A stretch of 64,000 bases of DNA from Eledone cirrhosa (lineage: Eukaryota): NCBI GenBank assembly GCA_964016885.1, contig OZ024742.1, positions 88,040,001-88,104,000 of the forward strand, written 5' to 3'. Positions 29,614 to 43,016 of this stretch are shown here, in pieces (the stretch's first letter is position 1; each line of letters begins with the position of its first letter). A program made the translations under genes and the position numbers. Below the pieces are notes generated by a model. It worked only from the letters and a program-made list of their open reading frames with translations, ran no database searches and was not told where the DNA came from.

Positions 29614-29651
29614 CCTGTACCGGTTTCGCAGTTCTTCTGCTTTTCAAAAGG
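29614..29651 (-). ncRNA. U3-A8 variant minimal hammerhead of the Neptune pseudo-LTR (also 24564-24601 - and 51104-51141 +)
   Basis: Consensus of the copies: CCUU-UUGAAAA-GCAG(AAGAA)CUGC-GAAA-CCGG-UA-AAGG. Confidence 0.75.
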
Positions 29652-30002
29652 TGAGTTGAGATGGAGGGTCTCTGGTTTTTCTCACATCTGGTTGGTCTCT
29701 GAATGTTATTTGTTTTATATGGAAAAAGTGGCTCGAAATGCCAGGTTTTTCGAGAAGTAATTTAATTGGTTTGTCAATAATTATAATAAATTTCGCGCCA
29801 AGGGCACAAACATTTAATGAACATTTGTTCACGTGACAGCCATAATTCCATTTATAACCAACCAAAAAAAAAGCCTTCGTGAGCCTCCTTTTTTCAGGTA
29901 AAAAGAAAATCAAACACTCATATATGAAAAAACAACCTGTGACAAACGCCCCACCTTATTTGAAGAACTATTGTAACGCGAACTGGTGAACCTCAAACCT
30001 GA

Positions 30003-30033
<31 letters not shown>

Positions 30034-30034
<1 letters not shown>

Positions 30035-31868
30035 GGATGTTTATATAATGTATTTTGCAATACACTTTATGCTTAATTAAAAGCATTTTGAAGACCGTAA
30101 ACTATTGTTTTAAAGTAGTGATAAATTCACTCACTTTGATCTCAGCAAACAGGGGAGAGAGGCCGACAAGACTTGTTTCGCTTTGGTTGAAGCTTATCAA
30201 GGCCAACTGCCCCACCTGTCTACTGAGATCATTGCTGTTATATTCTTATAGAATTCTAGTAAATAATCAGGAGCTGATTATGCAGAGCGGTTGTTGGTCA
30301 GGCAGAAATTAAAAATTAGAATTGGAGCTCTGAAATAGCAATATATATATGGATGTATATATAATGCATTTTGCAATACACTTTATGCTTAATTAAAAGC
30401 ATTTTGAAGACCGTAAGCTATCGTTTTGAAGTAGTGTCAAATTCACTCACTTTGATCTCAGCAAACAGGGGAGATAAGCCGACAAGACTTGTTTCGCTTT
30501 GGTTGAAGCTTATCAAGGCCAACTATCCCACCTGTCTACTGAGATCATTGATGTTATATTCTTATAGAAATCTAGTAAATAATCAGGAGCTGATTATGCA
30601 GAGCGGTTGTTGGTCAGGCAGAAATTAAAAATTAGAATTCGCGCTCTGAAATAGCAATATTTATATGGATGCATATATAATGTATTTTGCAATACACTTT
30701 CTGCTTAATGAAAAGCATTTTGAAGACCGTAAGCTATTGTTTTAAAGTAGTGACAAATTCACTCACTTTGATCTCAGCAAACAAGGGAGATAAGCCGACA
30801 AGACTTGCTTCGCTTTGGTTGAAGCTTATCAAGGCCAACTATCCCACCTGTCTACTGAGATCATTGATGTTATATTCTTATAGAAATCTAGTAAATAATC
30901 AGGAGCTGATTATGCAGAGCGGTTGTTGGTCATGCAGAAATTAAAAATTAGAATTGGAGCTCTGAAATAGCAATATATATATGGATGTATATATAATGTA
31001 TTTTGCAATACACTTTATGCTTAATTAAAAGCATTTTGAAGACCGTAAGCTATTGTTTTAAAGTAGAGACAAATTCACTCATTTTGCTCTCAGCAAACAG
31101 GGGAAATAAGCCGACAAGACTTGTTTCGCTTTGGTTGAAGCTTATCAAGGCCAACTACTCCACCTGTGTATTGCAAAATACGTTATATATGCATCCATAT
31201 ATATATTGCTATTTCAGAGCTCCAATTCTAATTTTTAATTTCTGCCTGACCAACAACCGCTCTGCATAATCAGCTCCTGATTATTTACTAGATTTCTATA
31301 AGAATATAACATCAATGATCTCAGTAGACAGGTGGGGTAGTTGGCCTTGATAAGCTTCAACCAAAGCGAAACACGTCTTGTCGGCTTATCTCCCCTGTTT
31401 GCTGAGATCAAAGTGAGTGAATTTGTCACTACTTTAAAACGATAGCTTACGGTCTTCAAAATGCTTTTAATTAAGCATAAAGTATATTGCAAAATACATT
31501 ATATATACATCCATATATATATTGCTATTTCAGAGCTCCAACTCTAATTTTTAATTCCTGCCTGACCAACAACCTCTCTGCATAATCAGCTCCTGATTAT
31601 TTACTAGATTTCTATAAGAATATAACATCAATGATCTCAGTAGACAGGTGGGGTAGTTGGCCTTGATAAGCTTCAACCAAAGCAAAACAAGTCTTGTCGG
31701 CTTATTTCCCCTGTTTGCTGAGAGCAAAGTGAGTGAATTTGTCTCTACTTTAAAACAATAGCTTACGGTCTTCAAATTGCTTTTAATTAAGCATAAAGTG
31801 TATTGCAAAATACATTATATATACATCCATATATATATTGCTATTTCAGAGCTCCAATTCTAATTTTT

Positions 31869-31869
<1 letters not shown>
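30034..31869. repeat. Retrozyme-like array C: 316-bp units, 3.6 forward then 2.2 inverted
   Basis: HHRs at 30161-30204, 30477-30520, 30793-30836 and 31109-31152 (-), and 31343-31386 and 31659-31702 (+). Inversion at ~31167; TA-flanked. Confidence 0.9.
30477..30520 (-). ncRNA. U3-A8 variant hammerhead with a true stem III (array C)
   Basis: GGCC-UUGAUAA-GCUU(CAACCA)AAGC-GAA-ACAA(GUC)UUGU-C-GGCU. Stem I is extended by a 16-bp helix GATCTCAGTAGACAGG / CCTGTTTGCTGAGATC. Confidence 0.82.
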
Positions 31870-31944
<75 letters not shown>

Positions 31945-31948
<4 letters not shown>

Positions 31949-34900
31949 TATATTAATAAATGGAAACTATATTTATAAAACCATATTGATTTTATTATAT
32001 ACATTTCAAGGGCAACCAAATCAAATTATGGTGCGTTTCATCAAATGAAATAGAGATTATTTTCGTAAATAATTATTAATATACCCGTAAAAAAAGACAT
32101 CCTTAAACGTTGGAGCTTCCTGGATAGTGGATGGAGATAATATTTTATTGAGGGTAATTCAAAGTTATGAGTGATTATGCAAATCATTGTCCGAAAAGTT
32201 GACAAGATAACGGTTTATTTAAATTAAACTGTTGGAAGAAGAGGATATGTAAGGGAGAGAGAAGAAAAGGAAGGAGAAAGAGAGACGAAAGAAAGAACGA
32301 TTATACATAGTGATAGTGAAGATAGTCAAAGTGAACGATGAAATAAATGTTAATGGAAGAATATACAGAGCGTAAATATATCTAAGTGAAAGAAGAAATG
32401 TAAGAATAATATTTAGAATGTAGGGTTGATTACTTTGTGATTATAATATTTATAATTAAAGGATTACCTCAAATGTCTCAAAAATAATATAGAAAACTTT
32501 GAAAAAACGGAAAAAATTCTTGTTAAATCAGATAAAACCAACACTCTTTATGGAATGCAAAAGGTTGATTACAATAATCTTATATTGAAGGAATTATGGA
32601 AAAATTACAAAAGAGCAACCAATGATGACGTTGAACGACTAAATACTGAAGCTTCTTATATAATGCAGGAATTAGGCATCGAAAATAGGACTCAACCCTT
32701 CATACCTAGGAAACCAAAAATGAATTTGAAGGATCATAAAAGAAATTTTGAAATTGAATTACCAGTTAGACTGATTGCACCATCTAAATCGGACCTTTTC
32801 ATACTTAGCAAAAATATTTTAGATAGAATCATACCACAACTTAAGAAAATATCTCATTTAAAATTATGGAATGGAACTAATGAAGTTATTGACTGGTTTA
32901 AGGACATTAAATATAAGCATAACAATAAATTCATTCAATTGGATATTGCTAATTATTACTCATCTATCACTCCTAATTTACTTAATAAAGCCCTTACATA
33001 TGCATTTAAATATACTGATTTATCTAGCAATGAAATGCACATCATCTTAACTGCACGTAAAACATTAATTAAATTTAGCAACCACCTTTGGACTAGATCA
33101 GATAGGGATAACAATTACGATATCACTATGTGGTTATCGGACTCGGCGCAATTAACGGATCTTGTGGGGCTTTTATTAATAATACTTTACATAGGAAAAT
33201 ACAAGAGATGATCGGTGGTATATATCCTGACGATATGCTATTTCTTATTGAAAATAATAATAATTGTGAAATAAATAGGAAAAGAAAAGAAATTATACGA
33301 TGTTTTAATAGCTTTAATCTTAAAGTAGCAGTAGAGAATAATTATAAAATAGATAATCTTTTAGATGTAAATTTACACCTCAATACTGGTCTTTATTATC
33401 AATTTTATAAAATCAAAGATAATTTAAACTATGTTAACTTTAATTCCAATCACCCCAGATCCGTTAAAAACACTATTGTAAATTCTGACCAGCAACGTAT
33501 TACTAGAATTCCAGCGAATAAAAATATATTTGAATATAAGGCACAATATTATAACCAAGCGTTAAGTAGAGCAGGATATAGTAATGAAATTAAATACATT
33601 GATAATAAGGATGTGCCAATTAACTATAACTATAATTATAATTATAATAGGAAACCTCGCACTAACTCGAAAATCAAAAGAAGAAATAAAACTGGAAATA
33701 TAATATGGTTCACTCCCCTTTTCTCATTAAGTATTAAAACTCCAATAGCTAAACTATTTTTTAAAGCTATAGATAAGTGTTTTCCTACGACACACAGGTA
33801 TTACTCAATCTTTAATAGACATACTATTAAACTGTCATATTCCACCACTTCTGAATTTAGCGCAGAATATTATTAGAACTAATAATAGAAACTTAAAACC
33901 TAACCAGAATAGCATTAATACCTCTAGCAATATCCAATATAATGTTACGGCTCCCAATAATATAAATTCAGATAAATGTAATTGTAGAAATAAATATAAA
34001 TGTCCTCTAAATAATAACTGTTTAGTTAAAAATATAGTATACAATTGTAATGTCAAAACCAATGAACATTCCCTTAACTATGTCGGCTCTACCTCCACAG
34101 ACTCAAATCTCGTTTCAATAACCATAAATGTTTCTTTACGAATATTGGTAAAAATCTTCAACTTCTCTATCCAACTTATTATGGAACTTAAAATCCAAGA
34201 ATATTAACTATTCTGTATATTGGGAAAAAATGCTCCCTATGCAAAAAATGCTCCCTTTGTGTTGAAGAACTATTCTTTATACTAAAAATAAGAACTTTAT
34301 TAAGTTGCGTAATGATTTATTTAGTTCTTGTAAACATCGTTTAAACTTAACTTTTAGATGTATATATAAAATGTAATATACGGTAATCTCCTTTACATAA
34401 CGTTTTCTTTATCCAACCACCTACAACTTCATCCCTCAGATTATATCTGTATATGATTCATATATATTTAATTTACATTCTATTATCTCTACTTCATAAA
34501 TATACTTTATATTATTATACTTATCAATAGATTATAACCTTTGAAAGTAACTACTTGAAATTCTTTTAAGAAAAATTTTCTTTGAAAGACTTTCTGAAGG
34601 TTTTAGAAAATTCTTGGTAAATCTTTTGAAAGTTCCTTTGAAAGATATGGAAAAACCATTATTTTCATATCTTCCAATATTTTATATCTTCAAACATTTT
34701 TAATATATATACAAATATTTATATATATATGTGGAATAACATATGGTATATGTTTTAATTATATTCTTAAGATGAATTTTTCTTTAACTTTATAACATTT
34801 ATGACATCTTATAAAAAAACCTATGGTTTATATTTTAATTATTTTCTTAAGATAAATGTATGGCTTCTTATGAAATAACCTATGGTTTATGTTTTAATTA

Positions 34901-36092
34901 TATCCTTTCGTTAAACATTTTTTTAACTTTATAACATTTATGACTTCTCATAAAAAATTTAAAAAAAGAATGTTTTAAAAGTTTTTTTATGTATCCTTGG
35001 AGTCATTTGAGTTCTTAAACAATCCCTTCTAAATTCCTTTATACTTCCTTACTGTTTTTATAATCTAATTAAGTAGTTATTCCTTTGTAAATTCTCGTAA
35101 ATTTTCATAAATTTAGAATTATTTGGATGTTTAAGTTTTGACATACAACTATTAATAAATATAATTTTGCCAAACTTACTTTAATCAAATAAACTATACT
35201 AGATTTTCTCCAATGTAAAATACTATACATTTAAATAATTCATAATCCATAACATACACATCTAAACCAATATATTATTACTAATACATCTTAATATAAT
35301 ATAAATTCTTCTGTTTTAATTTTAATTTTTAATTTTTAATTTTAATATTAATATTAAATTAAATTTTTAATATTAAAATAAATTTTAAACTTTACTTTTG
35401 ATTTTGAATTTTTAATTTTTATATAATTTTTCAACTTATCATTATACATATTATAATCACAACGTATTGAACCCTACATTCTAAATATTATTCTTCCACG
35501 TTAATCTTATTTCTTCTTTCACTTCTTCTTTCACCTCTTCTTTCACTTCTTCTTTCACTTAGATATATTTACGCTCTGTATATTCATCCATTAAAATTTA
35601 TTTCCTCGTTCACTTTGACTATCTTCACTATCACTATGTATAATCGTTCTTTCTTTCTTCTTCTCTTTTTCTCCTTTCTTTTCTTCTCTCTCCCTTACAT
35701 ATCCTCTTCTTCAAACAGTTTAATTTAAATAAACCGTTATCTTTTCAACTTTTCGGACACTCATTTGCATAATCACTCATAACGTTGTATTACCCTCAAT
35801 AAAATATTATCTCCACTATCCAGGAAGCTCCAACCGTTAAAGGTTTCTTTTTATTCCGGGTATGTCAATATTTATTTATGAAACAAATCTGTATTTTATC
35901 TAATGAAAGTGCACCATAACTTGCCTTGGTTGCCCTTGAAATATATATATAATAGAATAAATATGGTTTTATAAATATAGTTTCCATTTATTAATATAAT
36001 GTGTATTTACTCCACTAAATTGTTGGGTGCTTTATATCAGTTATAAAAATGTTTAAGATTGTTGAATACCAACAAATTAAATATAACCTCTG

Positions 36093-36095
<3 letters not shown>
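31945..36095 (+). mobile_element. 5'-truncated Hydra-like PLE with ~500-bp inverted pseudo-LTR arms (~31947-32455 / ~35449-35998) and a ~95-nt 3' tail
   Basis: Arms are reverse complements. HHR-like motif at 35892-35959 (CUAAUGA); TA-flanked. Confidence 0.88.
32460..34375 (+). pseudogene. Disrupted PLE RT + GIY-YIG ORF
   Basis: SDKT, IQLDIANYY, YPDD, IIWFTP, CNCRNKYKCPL, IVY...YVG. Confidence 0.9.
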
Positions 36096-36188
<93 letters not shown>

Positions 36189-36441
36189 AAGCTATATGCT
36201 TCAACGCGTTTTTTTTACGTAATAGTCAGTTGAGTTAATTCAGTATATAAGCCTCTGGAGACGAGATAAGTTTGAGTCTAGTAAAAGCGAGATTCGAACG
36301 CATAAGTATCTGCAGCTTATATTGCCTTAAACCGAGCTTCCTTAAGGATAATCTGAAAATTCATTAGTTACGCCGTTTTGTAGACGTTGAATATCTCTCT
36401 CTCTATCTCATCCTCTCTTTCTTTCTCTTTCTCTCTCTCTA

Positions 36442-36500
<59 letters not shown>

Positions 36501-36599
36501 GATTTTTATATACAAGGCCCATTGACGTAATCTATGTTAACTTGCGATGAGTTACTTGTATTTGCCTCTTCTTGAGATTATCCTGAATATTGAGAACGA

Positions 36600-37400
36600 A
36601 ACGAATATTATGAAGACCCATGCTTTATTTATCTAACAAATAAGAGCAAGAATTCAGCAGAAACCCGCAGAAAGATATGCGCTGCGTACGGAACGTTTGT
36701 TGGTACAGAAAGTACGTGCCAAAACGGTTTCCCAGTATTACGATAGGGAAATATTTCGGTTCACCTAATCTCGATTTGGTCGGTTAACCGAAATTGAGAG
36801 CAACATAACGAACACGTTGTTTGACACGCCCAGCATTATACGACAGGATGTACGTAAATATATTCCAAGTATCCATATCCCCTGTTTAAAACTATCTGCA
36901 TAAAGCTCGTTACGACAGCAAGCTCCACATTTCGGTCCCACATCAGTTGAATGAAGCTAATATCGCCCAGACGATTTCAGAAGTGTGAATAAAACGTCTG
37001 TTTTTCTCTTCTTTTTTGTCTATTGAAGGAATTGGTAAAACGGGCGGGAAAATGGACGTTTCTATCAATGTGAACCTGAACTATTTTCAGAGAACGATGG
37101 TGGACCCGTACGAACAATCTGGGAAACAAAACGCAACCCGAAAAAGGCAATGCTTTGACATTAGTGGCATTGGTTTTTTTTTGTCTTTTACGATCTTCTT
37201 CCATCGTACAGGACTCAATATTGACGCATACTGTGACAAGCTGGACAAATTAAACATTGAGCCACCAAACCATTTAACTCTCGCTATTCGTTAATGCATT
37301 GACTTTAATCTCGTTAATGCCAGAGGCACAGTCTTTTCCAGACGCGTAGATGTTACTGGTTCCTGGCTGTGTGCTTTTGCTGCACTCACTGAATATCTCC
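36600..37400 (+). pseudogene. Highly degenerate mariner-family transposase relic
   Basis: AETRRKICAAYG...ESTCQ (HTH-like), SVPHQL (resembles WVPHEL) and NIDAYCDKLDKL; many lesions. Confidence 0.65.
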
Positions 37401-37434
37401 GAACACAAATAACAGGTAATTCCTTTAGATACGT

Positions 37435-38130
37435 GCAGGCGCGTGCCCTAGTGATAAGGTTTTGGGACTTATGACCATAATGCTGTGGGTTCTAATTTTG
37501 AACTGTGTTGTGTGTTGTGTTCTCGAGCAAAATACTTGATTTAAAGTTGCTACAATATACTCATATAAAAGTCAGTACTAGCTGCAGAGGGTGGTGTAAC
37601 TGTGCCATCGCCTGGCTTCCTATCTAGGAGCAAGTCATATACTCCCAGTCGCTTAACCCCAGAGAAACAAGGATAGGCACCGGCCTGATGACCTCCCAGG
37701 ATCAAGACCGACATTAGATATTACACCTATAATTACCGAGTTCTTAGCCCTAACCATGTGCATCGGGTTGACAGGATTTCTGGAAAGCCATATGAGCAAA
37801 TGCGATCGTGAATGATTATCTCAATTTTCCAAATTGGAGATAAGAGAGATTACTCCAATGAATGAGGGAGCGTCTGGTTTAAGACACCTCGGTAAAGTTT
37901 ATGTTAAGCATGTGGCAATGCATTGCAGGGAAATTGTCGAGACCAGGCTAGCTGACGAAAGGAGTGGTTTTTGCTACGGACGCAACATAGCCAACCAAAT
38001 ATTCACACCACAGCAGGTCTTTTAGAAATTATGAGTGTTGCCAATAGGTGTAAACTTGGCTTGAAGACCTCAAAAAGACATACGACCGTAATCAACAAGA
38101 TATATTGTGGACGGTTCTCAGGGATTATAA
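37435..38130 (+). mobile_element. Decayed tRNA-SINE followed by an RTE-like RT fragment
   Basis: A/B-box-like head at 37435-37505. GKVY...LADERSGFCYGRNIANQIFT resembles the conserved QxGFRxGRS block of RT. Confidence 0.55.
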
Positions 38131-38200
38131 GGTCAGTCAACAGAAAATATTTTCTTTACCAAACTATACACGAAAATATACACATAGAAACACACACATA

Positions 38201-38238
<38 letters not shown>

Positions 38239-39643
38239 GAGAGAGAGTGGGGGGTAGAACACTGGAAGGTAATATCCGTAGTGGTAGAGCACTCAGTCCA
38301 TGGAACGAGTTAGGTACAAGTGGTAACACAACGGATAGTTAACCATATCGAGAACAATTGTTTCACCTTAGTGGATCTTCACCTCGGAGTTGTCATAGTT
38401 ATACGGGATACGAAGAATAACCGCATGAACGCACATGCGCAGAAACGTCGCTTCGACCAAGCGATACAATGCCCCAGGCGAAAGATGTAAGGGAGATAAC
38501 TGCGAAAGTCTGAAAAGTAGTTCGAGTTGATAAGAAAATTAGTATGTTGTCGTTATTCAATGCGGAACTTTGTAGTTATGTAAGAGGTGTTTCCAGACAT
38601 GTGGACAACGTGTGAAGATTTCAACCTTAATTTTAGGCAATCGCTATTGCGTAATCTCCATATATATATATATATATTGTGTGGGGTGGAGGTGGGGGGT
38701 TATAACCAGTTGGTATTGAATTCAAATTGCTACGGCTGGTACCTGTTTCAGCACTCTTGGCTTTGAAATTCAGTATTTAATACTGAAGATCAACGCCGAA
38801 ATGGGTATCTTATTGGCGTAGCATGCAGTGTGTTTCTGTCAGGAATAAGATTGAAGTTTCAGTGAAATAGAAAGCATGTTTTCAACGCGCGTAACTCATG
38901 TTTCGTGAAAAGCGGATTCTGAGCCTTAATCAATTAAAATGTGTTAGTATCTAGGAGTCATGTGTTAACCGGGTACGAGATTGTTATTTGCGACACATGT
39001 GTTACGTATGTTTATGAATAAAATATGTTGAACTGAATATTCGATCTCTCTTCATACATAGCCACGCACACACATAGAAATAGATTCTTTTTGCATCTAC
39101 ATCATTAACGTTACTAAATAAATTAACACTAATTACAAAGTTTAACGGTTTGCACTAAATATATTCATCCTGAAATCTAGAATGATTTATTTCAAGCTGA
39201 TAGCAGTACATGTTAGAATATTTTGATTGGCATAAGTGTTTAAGCAATTTAGAGAGAATATAATGAAAAATATTTAATTTTATTTTATGATTATGAATTA
39301 TTTTTTCGCCTGTTGGTGTTTATTTGCATATAAACTCTATGTGAAAATGAGCATCACCACCCGATGATTTATTTTCCTCATACGTAGATTAGTATCTGGA
39401 AAAAATTATGAACGAACAATATCTGATGATATGCATTAGAAAAATTACGCAGAGTGAATTAATGGAATATATAATATTAATTCCAGATTGTACAGGCCGT
39501 CAGTTAGGTAAAGTATTGAAACATGTGTAACGGAATATGTAGTATGAATAAATATACTATCGGATATCAACGGATATGGCTTGTTTCTCTAGTAACCCAT
39601 ACACACACAAATACACACACAAACACACACACATAAATTTGTA

Positions 39644-39749
39644 TAACGGAATTTTAAATAAACCTGAACTAACAGAACATATATATATATTTTTATCAAA
39701 GATCTGAGGCCATATTCAGTTAGTTCAGGTTTATTTAGAACTCCGTTAT
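39644..39749. repeat. Short fold-back (30-bp arms)
   Basis: ATAACGGAATTTTAAATAAACCTGAACTAA and its near reverse complement. Confidence 0.75.
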
Positions 39750-40198
39750 CAATATTTCACTGAGGACTATCTGCTAAAATAAACATTGAAAGTTCCAAAT
39801 AACCATTTTAATTTGAAAAAATCATATAATTTCCCCGAAAAATATTTTCTTTTCATGATAGGGTAGTGGCCGAAAGCGTGGTGTTGTTTCTTCGACGGCC
39901 AAACACTGTATGGTCGTGGAACGCTTCTTTTTTATCTGTTTCACAAACAACAGACCATAATGTGATCAGCTCTTCCCAGTTCTGTTAACGCCATACTTTC
40001 TCCCACCCTCTCTATCTCTCTCTCTCTATATATATATATATATACATATATATCTATATATAGCAATAATAATAAATTTGAAAACTAAAATCCAAAGAGG
40101 GCTCGATAAGGATAAATATATATCAAATATATGAGAACTGTGTATACACGCACACGCACACACGCATATATATATATATATATATACTTTTTTATATA

Positions 40199-40399
40199 TT
40201 AGAAATGAAAGCTTTCACCGTATTTTTTACTAAAGAAATTTTACCCTGATAGTGGGGTTTAGAACCCTCAGAGAAATGGAAAAACATGAGTATTGACTGA
40301 CATGGACTTATCTTTTTCCATTTCTCTGAGGGTTCTAAACCCCATTATCAGGCTAACATTTATTTAGTCAAACAATACGGTAAAAGTTTCTATTTCTAA
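40199..40399. repeat. Fold-back element (~90-bp arms, short spacer)
   Basis: Arms are near reverse complements centred at ~40298. Confidence 0.85.
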
Positions 40400-40599
40400 T
40401 TTCCAAACTTGCTCACTGTTTCAAAACAAACCTACTTTTTTATATATGTTTTATGTGTATTTGGTGTATACGTTCGTATGTGTGCGGGTACAGGCGTTGC
40501 GTGGGTTTTCGTATGTGTGCGCGTGTTTTTGTGTCCGTGTCTCTATTTTCATACCCATGGGGGGGGGGGGGGTCCGCGCATGCATGTGTATGTAGGTAT

Positions 40600-40975
40600 A
40601 TGGATGCGTGTATGTATATATTTAATTATTGTTGATTTCAATAACATCTGTAATTTATTTACATTATTCTTAACTCTGAAGCCGAGAATCATTCAGTTTC
40701 ATGAATAGAATTTTAGTCTACGACTTCAGTTATACCATAAACGTGGTTTTGTCTTTGCGTGTAATTGTTTTCACCGCTCCACATAGCGATGAATTATCTT
40801 CGTTTTTTTCCGTTCTTTGCCAGGGAACATCTCGAAGAACAAAAGTATCGCAACCTGTCTTCCTGTGGTTGCAACATTTTTCAAAATATTTACTTCTGCG
40901 GTCACAGATTGATTTTTTTAGTTTCAGAAGATCCTGTTAAGGGTGAAAGTAGCGATTATTTGCTTAAAATTGAAT
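40600..40975 (+). mobile_element. Diverged copy of the arm of the 56300-58127 element
   Basis: Shares ACCATAAACGTGGTT, AAAGTATCG and TTCAGAAGATCC...GTGAAAG. The same family's tail lies inverted at 40062-40146. Confidence 0.75.
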
Positions 40976-41209
40976 CTGTTGTTTTAATGAATATATATAT
41001 ATATATATATATATATACGCATACATATACATATATTATTCGTATAAATATGCAACATAAATACATTATGAATATCCGCAGTTAAAAAAGCATATAATGC
41101 TGAAACCGGTACCATTATTAAATTCGGAAATATCCACTTTATAAATAATTGTTTTCATGTTATACTGAAAGTATGACTTCAGCATTCCCTACTGAAAAGA
41201 TTTATATAT

Positions 41210-41253
41210 TAAGGAATATTTCTCGCTCTAGCACAGCTGATACATAAAGGTAA

Positions 41254-41302
<49 letters not shown>

Positions 41303-41690
41303 AATCAATATATATATACATATACATATGTGTTATATCGAACATTAATAATAATGTTCAATTTCTTCGTAAACAAAAGGCCCAGTTAGAAGCTGCGTAT
41401 TGCCGGTGATCGTTCGTCACCTGTTTGTTCAACATTGGATTTGAGGAACAATCAACATGTGCCTGGGTATTTACCTTTCACCAGGACTGGATACATCTCT
41501 TCCAATGTGTTGAACAGTTAAAGTTATACAGTTTTTCTTAAGTATACATCGGCTGATTAGCCTCCATTCCGCACCGAGTGAGTTGCGGCTGGCCTTGCCA
41601 AATATTAAAAATAAAATAAGAATGCTATTTCTCGATTTAGCACAGCTTAAACATAAAAGTATGTATGCACACTTACACACATATATGTAT
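41210..41690 (-). mobile_element. Old, distant relative of family B with a decayed HHR
   Basis: Shares GTCACCT-TTTGTTCAACA, GTTGAAC, CGGCTGA--AGCC and GAGTGAGTT. Ribozyme remnant CAGUC-CUGGUGA...CAUG-UU-GAUUG. Terminal direct repeat at ~41217 / ~41625. Confidence 0.6.
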
Positions 41691-41712
41691 ACATCCCTCT
41701 CTCCCTATCTCA

Positions 41713-41808
<96 letters not shown>

Positions 41809-41939
41809 CTTTCTCTGTATATATGAATATATATATATATATATATATATACCCACTCTCAAGCGTGAACCTAATACCAACACTTTGTACTGCACTCTTC
41901 GCTTTGTTTTTATTTTTTTGTTTTCTGTTTTCACTACAA

Positions 41940-43016
<1,077 letters not shown>

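Larger units (their letters stand above)
24426..29990 (-). mobile_element. Full-length Neptune-like PLE with a 3' pseudo-LTR, a tandem 5' pseudo-LTR (29476-29800) and an inverted segment (29805-29990)
   Basis: 24426-24750 is directly repeated at 29476-29800. 29805-29990 is the reverse complement of ~24747-24925. Two ORFs lie between the repeats. Confidence 0.92.

Noticed and set aside
30055-31808. Repeated 85-aa ORF in array C
   Set aside because: It has a TTG start, is antisense to the ribozyme, and no equivalent ORF is called in homologous array A. Coding is not supported, although not formally excluded.
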